NCBI GenBank assembly: GCA_950097015.1
Contig: CATNEN010000011.1
Coordinates: 1,550,001-1,614,000 of the forward strand
Source of the DNA: Macrostomum hystrix
Lineage: Eukaryota; Animalia; Platyhelminthes
Length of the DNA stretch: 64,000 nucleotides
Direction of reading: 5' to 3'
The position numbers were made by a program, and so were the translations under genes. Under the pieces are notes generated by a model that did not search any database, had not been told where the DNA came from, and saw only the letters and a list, made by a program, of their open reading frames with translations. Shown here in pieces: positions 9,701 to 21,467 of this stretch. Every line of letters starts with the position of its first letter. The stretch's first letter is position 1.

Positions 9701-10854
9701 CACCTTTAAGCGTTACCTCAGAATTTTCTGAATGCCGCCCATGCAGTAACACTGTGCACTTTAGAAGCTCTCTTGATTTGTAAAATCACAAGTGGTGACA
9801 ATTGCACTTAGCTTACTATAGTGTTTAATCACATAGTCACTTTATTTTGGCTCCTGAACAAATATGCCGCGAGATAAAAGCAAGGCTCTAAAAGTACATT
9901 TTCTACGCCAAGGAAATGGCAAATTTGGTTGACTGAAAGTGGCCCGCAATGGCCAGTGAATGATCAGTAACTGACAATTGTTGACAAATTTCAGCAAAGC
10001 CGATCGATTTAAATTAACTTAATTCCAACGGAATTCTCATTCTCATAAATATAATTTTAATTCCGTTCGGGTAAAATTTCGACTATAAATCAAAGATTTT
10101 ATTCCTGTCGTAATCTTTGGCTTGCGTTTTTAGAAAACCAGATTTTTAGCCGAGCCTTAAACTGGGGATTTTCTCTGACTTGGCATTTGGGGAAAACATT
10201 AGAAAGATGAACAAGTTCATGTCTTGATAATTGCAGCAATTGTTAAACGTTCTTAAATTATAATAATCTATAAGAATCCCTGTGTATGTGTAATTTTATA
10301 CTCATACAGTGTAAATTAAATAGTACAAACTTTTTCCAAGATTTGAATTCGATTTGTACTCGAATGATTCTTTGTTTGTACAGATTTAATTACATTTTCC
10401 TTTCCAAACTACGAGTAAGTGTAGTGTCTGTCTGCTCTCGGTGAAATCTGATCGTGTCGTTCAGTCACCAAATTAAATTAATGTTGTTGGTACTGAATAA
10501 ATAATTCTCAACTAAATTTTGAGTATAGTTTTCTGCTTGAAACGCTAGTACACCGCAATTTAAAAAAGCTAAATTTGTTTTGAGTCAGAGTTGCTTTTGT
10601 ATTTTGTCTTTTGACTTGCCTTTAAATTATTATTTTTAAAAATAGTTAGCAGTTTATTCATATTTGTACATAAAATCTGCAGTGTGTACTAATGATTGTA
10701 TAAAGCATTTTAAAAGCGAAAATGATAAATGTGTTACACTCGCCATGCCTTCCTATCAGGAATTTATGTCTGATAAAAAGCATGTAAATACGTACTGCTT
10801 AAAACCATATTAAAAGTCTGTCTAACAGTAGACTCATTTTCAAACTGGATTATG

Positions 10855-11745
10855 CAAGTATTATCGAACAGGTTAGACACACAATTATCGAACATGTTAG
10901 ACACACAATCATCGAACAGGTTAGACACACAATCATCGAACAGGTTAGACACACAATTATCGAACAGGTTAGACACACAATTATCGAACAGGTTAGACAC
11001 ACAATTATCTAACAGGTTAGACACACAATTATCTAACAGGTTAGACACACAATTATCTAACAGGTTAGAACACACAATTATCGAACAGGTTAGACACACA
11101 ATTATCGAACAGGTTAGACACACAATTATCAAACAGGTTAGAACACACAATTATCGAACAGGTTAGAACACACAATTATCGAACAGGTTAGACACACAAT
11201 TATCGAACAGGTTAGACACACAATTATCGAACAGGTTAGACACACAATTATCGAACAGGTTAGACACACAATTATCGAACAGGTTAGACACACAATTATC
11301 AAACAGGTTAGACACAATTATCGAACAGGTTAGACACACAATCATCGAACAGGTTAGACACACAATTATCAAACAGGTTAGACAAAATTATCGAACAGGT
11401 TAGACACACAATCATCGAACAGGTTAGACACACAATTATCGAACAGGTTAGACACACAATTATCGAACAGGTTAGACACACAATTATCGAACAGGTTAGA
11501 CACACAATTATCGAACAGGTTAGACACACAATTATCGAACAGGTTAGACACACAATTATCGAACAGGTTAGACACACAATCATCGAACAGGTTAGACACA
11601 CAATTATCGAACAGGTTAGACACACAATTATCGAACAGGTTAGAACACACAATTATCGAACAGGTTAGACACACAATTATCGAACAGGTTAGACACACAA
11701 TTATCGAACAGGTTAGAACACACAATTATCGAACAGGTTAGACAC
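10855..11745. repeat. 24-bp minisatellite (caattatcgaacaggttagacaca), GTTAGACAC family
   Basis: ~37 tandem copies, ending ~120 bp past the GPCR stop codon. Confidence 0.97.
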
Positions 11746-11861
11746 TACTCAGAATCCTACTCAGAAATATCTATACAGGGCAGGTGAAGGAATGATCAAA
11801 ACTAAATGATGTAGACAAAGCCAGCGATTCACGTAAACTGTATAGTGAGTATGCCATGAAC

Positions 11862-13558
11862 TCAGACCGCAGTCTCGTCTACTAGCAGTGGCTCTAGCTG
11901 ATCTGCGTGAATATCACCTACAGGTCGAACAGTTTCGGCAAAATCCTTCACAGCCTTGCAATTATGTGCAGAATTCAGCACATGCTGCTGCTGCTGCTGC
12001 TGCTGCTCGTCGATGTCAGCAGGAGGTGGGTTTCCGCAGTGCAAAGCCAGAAACAACAGTCGAGTGAAGCAGGCTCTAAACTGTTTGGACAATCCGTAAT
12101 AAAATATGAAGTTAATGCTGTGGTTGAATAATGTCATGAGGTCTAGAATGTCTCCAAGCGGGTCGTAGAATCGAATGGTGAAGCACTGCTTGGCCTTCTG
12201 TGATTGGATGCAGCCGAGAATGAAGTAGATCACACCCTGGCACAATGCGATTTGTAAGAGCGAATTGATTTTAATGAGTATAATAAAACTAATGATTTCT
12301 TACCCTGGTCTCTACAAGTACGTCACTAGTTATCCTAGGAATATAAATCAATCAGTACAAATAAAAATCCGGCCTCCATTGGGCCAGATGTGCAGCCGTC
12401 GGCACAGCCGCAGCCATTGTACGGCGCATCTGAAGGCTGGGAGACGCCACACCCCCTCTCAATTACCCCAGCTGACATTGCTGGTACCCATTGGACAGCT
12501 GGATGAACTGAAGCAATGCAGATAATTAAGTGCTTTGCTAGAGAACACAAATTTTTCCTGTGGATTCGGGAATCGAACCCCCGACCTTTAAGTTATCAGT
12601 CAGAAACACTAACCACTAGGCCAGGGGGCTCTAGCCTATAGCCTGTACACTTACAATAGACATTACTATACCACAAGTACCTGTATTAGCATAGTCTCAC
12701 CTGTGGCAGGATGCTGAAGACACTGACCAACACGATAGTAACAAGCAGTTTCGTCGTCCTATTCGAATGAGCATCATCACTGCTTGCAGTTCCAGAACGT
12801 GCGGCAGCCGTCGAACTTCTGGCTTTGAGCGTGCGTCTTCGCCGAGCGGTCTTCTTCAACGACTGGATGAGGAAGACACTCAGGACAGTCAGCAGCAGGA
12901 CTGGCAGAGTCTTGATGCAGATGCTGATAACCCAGAAGTTAACGCTGCTAATCACCCGGTTCTGCCGCATCTTGAAGTCGTAGTAGGTTCGGTTTGGCGT
13001 CAAATTGCAGTCCGAGAGCTTCTCGTCGACCTCCTCGTCGCTGACCGGATTGATCCGATGTCCGAGAATGTTTGGCAGCTGCATGCAGGAGGAAGCCAGC
13101 AGGACGCAGCCAATCACAGTTCTGGCGGCGGTCTCCGTGCACAGCTGCTTGCTGCGCACAGGTAGCTTGATGTAGATGAGCCGAAACACGGCTAGAGCAA
13201 CCGTCACCCATGAGCTGACTGTGTGAGCCAGCACAACAGCGCACAGTTGTATCCAGAGGAACACCTGCCAACCGTACGGCTCCGGACAGAGCAGCTTCAA
13301 CCGGTTGCCCATTGTGAAATAGACACAGAAAGGTAGATAGACGGTTGACATGAAGCAGTCCGAGACAGACAAAGCTGTCAGCAAGGTGTTGGTCGGATTG
13401 CGCATAGACTTCTGACATAGTACCACGATGCTAATCAGATTTGTAGCAGCGCCGAAGATGCACAGAGTCAGGGCCAGGTACTGATGCAAATCTGAGTAGA
13501 TTTCTGAGAATCTCTGCAGAAAGTACGGCGGCTGGCAGTCGGTGTCATTGTCCAGCAT
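11862..13558 (-). CDS. Rhodopsin-like neuropeptide GPCR, myosuppressin-receptor/Srw-like (exons 13558-12701 and 12236-11862, ~410 aa)
   Basis: Seven hydrophobic segments; TM1 GAATN, TM2 LTALSVSD, FRL in place of DRY, TM6 LPQ|G across a phase-0 intron (gtgaga...ccag), TM7 NHSINFIFY..SKQFR; Q7 tail. First ATG at 13558 (the track start at 13570 is a GTG). Confidence 0.9.
12372..12630 (-). mobile_element. tRNA-derived SINE (family 1) in the GPCR intron
   Basis: A-box TGGCCTAGTGG (12623-12613), B-box GGTTCGATTCC (12579-12569); body shared with the copy at 15318-16725. Confidence 0.85.
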
Positions 13559-13999
13559 TTTTGACGGCACTGTTTGGCAATGGGTTCATTGGGGGGTACG
13601 TGGCCAGGGCTGTCCGTAAAATTGCAATTAACAGACGAATCGATTCATCAGAAACCATTGTAAAAATAGACCAAGCATATTAGTCGTACTAGACAACGCC
13701 TATTAGAGTGTTTCCGAGGTGATCGCTATGATTGAATAGGTGTTTAAGCTTGGTTGATCTGTGCAATTATTGCGGGCACAGGTTCACTGCTTCACGCTTA
13801 GTGCTTGACGTTGGTTTATCTGCATTCACGACCCCCTTTCATGTACTTTTGTGCGTGGAGTTTCAGAACAGAACAGCCTTTTTTCTTCATCAGAACTCAG
13901 TATTTTTGAAGCAGTTAACAGATTAGTGAAGCTACAGTTAACAGATAAGTATTGTTGATGTCGGCTTACTATTATTTTAAAACACCCAGTCCCTTAGCG

Positions 14000-14735
14000 G
14001 ATCAGAACCAACACATCTTCCAGTCATTCAACAGATCAGAACAAACACATCTTCCAGTCATTCAACAGATCAGAACAAACACATCTTCCAGTGATTCAAC
14101 AGATCAGAACAAGCACATCTTCCAGTCATTCAACAGATCAGAACAAACACTTCTTCCAGTCATTCAACAGATCAGAACAAACACATCTTCCAGTCATTCA
14201 ACAGATCAGAACAAACACATCTTCCAGTCATTCAACAGATCAGAACAAGCACATCTTCCAGTCATTCAACAGATCAGAACAAACACATCTTCCAGTCATT
14301 CAACAGATCAGAACAAACACATCTTCCAGTCATTCAACAGATCAGAACAAACACATCTTCCAGTCATTCAACAGATCAGAACAAACACATCTTCCAGTCA
14401 TTCAACAGATCAGAACAAACACATCTTCCAGTCATTCAACAGATCAGAACAAACACATCTTCCAGTCATTCAACAGATCAGAACAAACACATCTTCCAGT
14501 CATTCAACAGATCAGAACAAACACATCTTCCAGTCATTCAACAGATCAGAACAAACACATCTTCCAGTCATTCAACAGATTAGAACAAACACATCTTCCA
14601 GTCATTCAACAGATTAGAACAAACACATCTTCCAGTCATTCAACAGATCAGAACAAACACATCTTCCAGTCATTCAACAGATCAGAACAAACACATCTTC
14701 CAGTCATTCAACAGATCAGAACAAACACATCTTCA
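14000..14735. repeat. 34-bp minisatellite (cagatcagaacaaacacatcttccagtcattcaa), ~21 copies
   Basis: Near-perfect tandem repeat. Confidence 0.97.
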
Positions 14736-15576
14736 AGCCCTTCAGTTTGTCAGAAACGACAGCCTATTTCTTAGCAGCCCAGCGGCAATATACTCATCTC
14801 AATTTAGCTCAAAAGACTGCTCTCGTCCCATCAGTTCTCCAAAGCTCAGCCATGTACTCAGAAACTGTTATGGATGGATGTCGTCTAATTAAAAGCCCGT
14901 GCAACAGCTGCCTAGAGCCGGGTGCGGCTAAGAAAAGCGTGTTGTTGTCTTGAACAGCAAACTAATTTTCAAAGCCAACGGCTTGTGAAGTAGAGAGAAA
15001 AACGCAGATGTGAAGTGTACTAATTTCTGATTAAGTTTGGAATGAATGCATTCAACACTCTTGTCAGTCAGTATGTCGATCTGTCTACGAGTACAATACA
15101 TAAGGAGGTTCCCATTTATTTTGTGGAAAGAACCACTAGAATAAAGTTTAGGTACGAAGGATGGATTATAGGTTTTTAGGAGATGCAGCTTGTGGTTAGA
15201 GCTTCTGATTGAGAAGTCGGCAGTTCGTGTCACAGCGCAAAGTAAAAGTTGAGCAAGTTTTCCCAGCTCTAGATTTGGGCTCCAGCATAAGCCATGCAGA
15301 GTAGACATTAATTGATTCCCCCGATTGGGCCAGATGTGCAGCCGACAGCACAGTCGCAGTTGCGCGGCGCATCTGAAGGCTGCGTACAGCTGTTCAGTCC
15401 ATGGACTGGGAGACACCACACCCACCTTCAATTACCCGAGCTAATGCTTGTACCCATTTAGCAGCTGGGTGAACTGAATCAATGCAGAGTTAGGTGTCTT
15501 GCTAAAGGACACAAATTGTTCCAGTGAGTCGGGAATCGAACCCCGACCTTCAAGTTGTGAGTCAGACGCTCTAAAC

Positions 15577-16699
15577 CAGGGGTCGGCAAACTCCGGCCCG
15601 CGGGCCAGATGCAGCCCTTGAAGCTCCCAAATCCGGCCCGTTGCACCTTCTGACATTTATAGTGTCCTGTTTCATCTCTCTCGAGTCTAATCTCTCCCGT
15701 GTCTAATCTCTCCCGTGTCTAATCTCTCCCATGTCTCATCTCTCCCGTGTCTAATCTCTCCCGTGTCTAATCTCTCCTGTGTCTCATCACTCTCGTGTCT
15801 AATCTCTCCCATGTCTCATCTCTCCCGTGTCTAATCTCTCCCGTGTCTCATCTCTCCCGTGTCTCATCTCTCCCGTGTCTCATCTCTCCCGTGTCTCATC
15901 TCTCCTGTGTCTCATCTCTCCCGTGTCTCATCTCTCGCGTGTCTCATCTCTCCTGTGTCTCTTCTCTCCCGTGTCTCATCTCTCCCGTGTCTCATCTCTC
16001 CCGTGTCTCATCTCTCCTGTGTCTAATCTCTCGCGTGTCTCATCTCCCCCGTGTCTAATCTCTCCTGTGTCTCATGGCTCTCGTGTCTAATCTCTCCCAT
16101 GTCTCATCTCTCCCGTGTCTAATCTCTCGCGTGTCTAATCTCTCGCGTGTCTAATCTCTCCCGTGTCTAATCTCTCCCGTGTCTAATCTCTCCTGTGTCT
16201 CATCACTCTCGTGTCTAATCTCTCCCATGTCTCATCTCTCCCGTGTCTAATCTCTCCCGTGTCTCATCTCTCCCGTGTCTCATCTCTCCCGTGTCTAATC
16301 TCTCCTGTGTCTCATCTCTCCCGTGTCTCATCTCTCGCATGTCTCATCTCTCCTGTGTCTCTTCTCTCCCGTGTCTCATCTCTCCCGTGTCTCATCTCTC
16401 CCGTGTCTCATCTCTCCTGTGTCTAATCTCTCGCGTGTCTCATCTCCCCCGTGTCTCATCTCTCCCGTGTCTCATCTCTCCCGTGTCTCATCTCTCGTGT
16501 GTCTAATCTCTCCCGTGTCTCATCTCTCCCGTGTCTCATCTCTCCCGTGTCTCATCTCTCGTGTGTCTAATCTCTCGCGTGTCTAATCTCTCGCGTGTCT
16601 CATCTCTCCCCTATCTCATATTTATACAGTCAATGCGGCCCGCTGTCGTCTTTTAGGTTCTCTCCTTGGCCCGCCAGCAAATAAGTTTGCCTACCCCTG
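15577..16699. mobile_element. Non-autonomous hAT (Charlie-like) element carrying an internal minisatellite
   Basis: TIRs CAGGGGTCGGCAAACT (15577-15592) and AGTTTGCCTACCCCTG (16684-16699), 15/16 match; perfect 8-bp TSD CTCTAAAC (15569-15576, 16700-16707); subterminal GGCCCG motifs. Confidence 0.93.
15670..16612. repeat. 16-bp minisatellite (ctcatctctcccgtgt) inside the hAT MITE
   Basis: Tandem repeat; same family as the CYP intron array at 54238-55165, in opposite orientation. Confidence 0.96.
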
Positions 16700-17999
16700 C
16701 TCTAAACACTAGAACTACAACTTCCTCCGTTAACTTTTGCACTTGATATATATAATTTGTTTCATTTCATGTCATTAAATACTTATAAAGAACGTTTAGG
16801 TCTTCATAAAGGTGCTCAGCTTGTCTGGCTGATGACATTTTTAGGAAATTAGGATGCATGTTTGCATTTCCGACAGTTCAGATTGGTGCCAGGTATTTAA
16901 AAGGATGGTAAGTCAGTATCAATTCAGTCGCTTACTACAGGTTTTAGGGATTTAGAATGAAGCAAACACTGTTATTCGTTAGCTAAATTTGCATTCAAGA
17001 TTTTTTATATAGGGCAACGCCAAAAAACTGCAGAGGACATGTACAGAGGTTTGTGCAGTTTTATCCCAGTTTTATTTGCCTCATAGGGCATTGTGCTGCA
17101 CTGCAATCTCATGGGATCGCGCAGAGATTGTCGAAGCTTTATTATAGGGGAGAAATTTATGGGAAAATTTACCCTGCAGTATAGTGTCTTATCTGTTCAA
17201 TAAAATTCCTCTATTCATTGTGTATAGGATTTCCTAGAAGGAAGAGCATTAATCCTAACAAAAGGATCTCACAAGCACGGATCATTTAAACGGACAGAAA
17301 AAAATTATGACATTTTGCATACATTTAACAATAGCAGCATAGTCAACACATTTTGTCACTGGATAAAGTACAAAAAAACACAAAGATAGCTAGTTTCTTT
17401 ATGTAACAATTGTTCGGTCAGTTTGAAGTTTTCTAATTCTATTCTTTTCAAAGTTCGATTCTCTTCTTAATTTTCCAAAGTATGCATGCGGAAGATACGG
17501 ACACGGAACGCACTGCGGGGGGCGAAAGGGCGAACGAAGTCTGTTTGGACCTGTGGAGATGGGGGTTGGTTGCTAAGGCAAGGAATGAGCGAGAAATCAT
17601 GATTGATGGAATTCAGCCACTTTACACACACCAACCAAGCCCAGCTCGCTAATGGCACCAGCCCTAAAACTTCCTTCTGCCTGTGACTGCAAAGGAAAGA
17701 GAAATCAACGAATGGAATTCAGCTATCACGGGCATGACAACAGGTCTGCCGCTTCGCAAAATGTCCTGAGAGAAAATTTTTGCTCCTCCTGTGGAAGGAG
17801 TTTCTGAAAAAACTTTTCGTGAGAAAGGGTAAAACTGTTGGGTTTAATTGCAGCAGGAAAAAAATTAGCGAGATAAAAAACGTCATCTGATATGCACAAG
17901 GAAAATAGATCTCGTTAGAGAGACTGTTTGGGACCTTGTCTTTTAAGATAAGGATACCTGATATGTCCTACAGATGAATCAGCACCTAATCCTATATTT

Positions 18000-18782
18000 G
18001 AGGTGGACACCCAATCCTGTCTATGAGGTGGACACCCAATCCTGTCTGTGAGGTGGACACCCAATCCTGTCTATGAGGTGGACACCCAATCCTGTCTGTG
18101 AGGTGGACACCCAATCCTGTCTATGAGGTTGACACCCAATCCTGTCTATGAGGTGGACACCCAATCCTGTCTATGAGGTGGACACCCAATCCTGTCTATG
18201 AGGTGGACACCCAATCCTGTCTGTGAGGTGGACACCCAATCCTGTCTGTGAGGTGGACACCCAATCCTGTCTGTGAGGTGGACACACAATCCTGTCTATG
18301 AGGTGGACACCCAATCCTGTCTGTGAGGTGGACACCCAATCCTGTCTATGAGGTGGACACCCAATCCTGTCTATGAGGTGGACACCCAATCCTGTCTATG
18401 AGGTGGACACCCAATCCCGTCGGTGAGGTGGACACCCAATCCTGTCTGTGAGGTGGACACCCAATCCTGTCTTTGAGGTGGACACCCAATCCTGTCTGTG
18501 AGGTGGACACCCAATCCTGTCTTTGAGGTGGACACCCAATCCTGTCTTTGAGGTTGACACCCAATCCCGTCGGTGAGGTGGACACCCAATCCTGTCTGTG
18601 AGGTGGACACCCAATCCTGTCTGTGAGGTGGACACCCAATCCTGTCTGTGAGGTGGACACACAATCCTGTCTATGAGGTGGACACCCAATCCTGTCTGTG
18701 AGGTGGACACCCAATCCTGTCTATGAGGTGGACACACAATCCTGTCTGTGAGGTGGACACCCAATCCTGTCTATGAGGTCCA
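18000..18782. repeat. 25-bp minisatellite (gaggtggacacccaatcctgtct[a/g]t), GTGGACACCCAATCC family
   Basis: ~31 tandem copies. Confidence 0.97.
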
Positions 18783-18932
18783 CCTCTTATGACTTTGGAA
18801 ATAGTACCTTAATTTCTCTATAATAACTTAGCAACGAGGCAACCTCCTCTGGACTCCTCTAGCAGGGCGAATCCTTTATTCTATAGTCAGCGACAAGTTA
18901 CTTAATTTGGCTCGGTAAAGGTGTGCAGACTA

Positions 18933-19894
18933 CCGGGTGGCCCATGCGTTTAAGGACAACTTAAAAATGATAAAATGTATATACATTTTTAATATAAAAA
19001 CAACCAACAAACGAAAACTTTAACATTTTAACTGACCGCCATAATGTCTAGATGGCAACTAAAAATAACATTTACTCAATGTAGCCCCCCTCCGCTGCAT
19101 ACACGGCTTCAATGGGAGACCGAAACTTGGTACAGGCACCTCTGATGACGGCAGGGCCCTGAGCTGACCAGGCAGCACTAACAGCAACTTGGAGAGTCTC
19201 CACGGTAGCATAAGTTGTTAAACATGCAACGCGGGCCACGTTGTTCCACACAAAGTAATCGAGAGGGGAACAGTCTGGACTCGATGGTGGCCAAGTGGTC
19301 GCATCCCAGAAGTCCTCGCCGAGCTCCCGGCGAAGAAATTCTTGAGTAGCGACAGCCGTGTGGGCAGGAGCGCCGTCCTGCTGAAAAACAAACGTACCTG
19401 GGGCAAAGTTGTGTCGAATCCATGGCAGTACATGATCCTGCAGCATGCGGATGTACTCGGCTGAGTTGATTTTCACTCCAGATCGGGGGAGCCACCCTGC
19501 CGTCCGAAGCCACGACACCGAGAAACATGGCACCTTTGGCATGTTGCTGGCGAGGCATATAGCGGTGTTCCTCCGCAGCAGAGCTGGAGTCTCCTTTCAA
19601 CTGCCGCAGCAGCTCCAACTTCTTCAATGTCGCTCTTGACGGCGTAAACAAACGACCTTGCAACATTGAGGTTCTCTGCTATCTGTGCTGGGCTTATACC
19701 CCGCGCGAGCTGGTCTACCACCATCAAACGTTTAGCGCGATTCATGGCTAATGCTAAGTTGCCGAAAATTTTCGCGGCAGCTACAGACTATATAGGTACT
19801 ATTTTGTCTATGACCAAAACTATTATGCTCTAGCTACCGCTGGCTTTGCTTTCTTCTATTTTTAAGGTTGTCCTTAAACGCATGGGCCACCCGG
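18933..19894 (-). mobile_element. Internally deleted Tc1/mariner element of the maT (DD37D-like) group, 962 bp
   Basis: 28-bp perfect TIR CCGGGTGGCCCATGCGTTTAAGGACAAC (extends to ~36 bp with one indel), flanked by TA on both sides (18931-18932, 19895-19896). Confidence 0.95.
19072..19745 (-). pseudogene. Truncated, frameshifted DDD transposase
   Basis: N-terminal HTH (MNRAKRL...GISPAQIAENLNVARSFVY); a deletion removes the first catalytic D; C-terminus FQQDGAPAH...WPPSSPDCSPLDYFVW...EGGYIE*; pieces lie in different frames. Confidence 0.9.
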
Positions 19895-20709
19895 TATAGG
19901 AGACAAAGTTTTCTGTCAGACAGAATTTTTAATAGGACAGTACGGTTCAAGGGTCCCAAGTTCGAATTCTGGATCGACTGTCGTGAAACTGTATCAGCCT
20001 ATTTATGAATAGGAGAAAAGATGCCCCGCGGAAATCTCTAGGGGGTCATTTCATCAAATATGGGCATGCAGAACTTTGCAGTGCTCCCCCGAAGGTAAAG
20101 TTCTGCAGAATGGGGAATCGTTTTCCCCATAATAGTGGGAGTATAGGATAAGCGTCTAGAATTCCTTCCCAATATTTGATCTCGACAAGATCCCAAGAGA
20201 CCGAAACTTGCAGCAGCAGCAGCAGTAGTATTTGCATAGAAACTAACTGCTTCATGCACTGTCTACTTTCCAATCTAGCCCTACAGTTTTGTTACTTCAC
20301 TTTCGGGTCAACGTTTGGTTATTAATGAAGAATTTTATGACTTTGGAAATCTACGAGTATACGAGCTAATAATTTGCAATCAAATGAGAATTTACTAATG
20401 ATTTCATATTTTTGTGAAATACTAGATAATCAAACCCAAATTATTACGTTTGTTTGCGTGTCCTTTGGCGAGCATTTAAGTGTACAAGCATATTTTAGAT
20501 GCTAAAAGAAAGCACCGGCGGTCACGCAAACTTCCTAAAATTATTCTTATTTGGAAGAAAAAGTTGATGCCGATTAAAGAAAACTGGGAACATTGCCCCC
20601 CCCGAGTTGTTTTCTTTTCTATAAACTCTCTCCATTTTTAGATTATTTTTTAAATGACTGATCGATCTTAGTGTATGAAATCTTTATGACTCATTTTATG
20701 ACTTTATTG

Positions 20710-21030
20710 CGTGCTTATGCTTAGTCATAGAGCTCTGGATCTGTGGACAGACCACCCCGCCCATAGACAACTTGTCCATGCAGTGCTAATGCTTAATCAT
20801 GGAGCTTTGGGTCTATAATCTGGAGTCTGGAGAGACCCACCCCGCCCATAGACAACTTGTCCATGCAGTGCTAATGCTTAATCATGGAGCTTTGGGTCTA
20901 TAATCTGCAAGAGTCTGGACAGACCACCCCACTCCACCCCACCCATAGACAACTCGTCCAGTGCTTATGCTAAGTCATGGAGCTCTCATGGGTCAAAAAT
21001 TGGACAGACCAATCCATTCGCCCTATGCTT
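20710..21030. repeat. Degenerate ~85-bp tandem repeat, 3-4 copies
   Basis: caccccgcccatagacaacttgtccatgcagtgctaatgc recurs at 20753 and 20838, with decayed flanking copies. Confidence 0.8.
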
Positions 21031-21467
21031 AGTTAATAGTCACATCAAGACGGATCCTTGAACGCAGGTTATATTGCACTTGCACAAAGCAGCTGGATTT
21101 ATGCAATACGGAGCAAACTTGGCTTTGGGTTAATTTTACAGAAGCTATAATTTTACGGATTCAGTTAGAAAGGAAAAGAAGTACGAAAATATAAGTAAAC
21201 TACAGAACTATAGCAGAAGTGAATGAGAAGGAACGTGAATGAGAATGTACGCCTGCTATATAGGATTTTCCACGGCAGAGGACTTTCAATTATTAAGTTA
21301 AAATAATTCTGCAGCTTCTGAGGGGAGCGGAAGTTTTCTAAGGAAGTCTGCAGAAAGGGTATGTAATTTTCTGCAGATAGAGCTAACTTTCTCAGGTATT
21401 TAATATAAAGAACAGAGACTAATATAGTCTCTGCTAAAGCTTACAGCAGAATACGCTTTTCGGCAAC

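Larger units (their letters stand above)
15318..16725 (-). mobile_element. tRNA-derived SINE (family 1) interrupted in its A-box by a hAT MITE
   Basis: Body 15318-15576 matches the 12.4-kb SINE (gggccagatgtgcagccg...ggaatcgaacccc). The head resumes after the MITE (ctctaaacactagaactacaacttcc) and matches the head at 52744. Confidence 0.85.

Noticed and set aside
12560-12630. Possible tRNA genes (also 15520-15576, 26384-26450, 59620-59695)
   Set aside because: A/B boxes are present but no complete cloverleaf, and they continue into shared non-tRNA bodies, so they are SINE heads.
14928-15431. 167-aa ORF, and faint CR1-like peptide fragments near 15.1 and 16.8 kb
   Set aside because: The ORF starts inside a SINE; motif-like bits are short and out of order.
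17467-17700. GC-richer island, possibly a GPCR 5' UTR exon
   Set aside because: An acceptor-like site exists but there is no convincing donor or coding signal; cannot be supported without transcripts.
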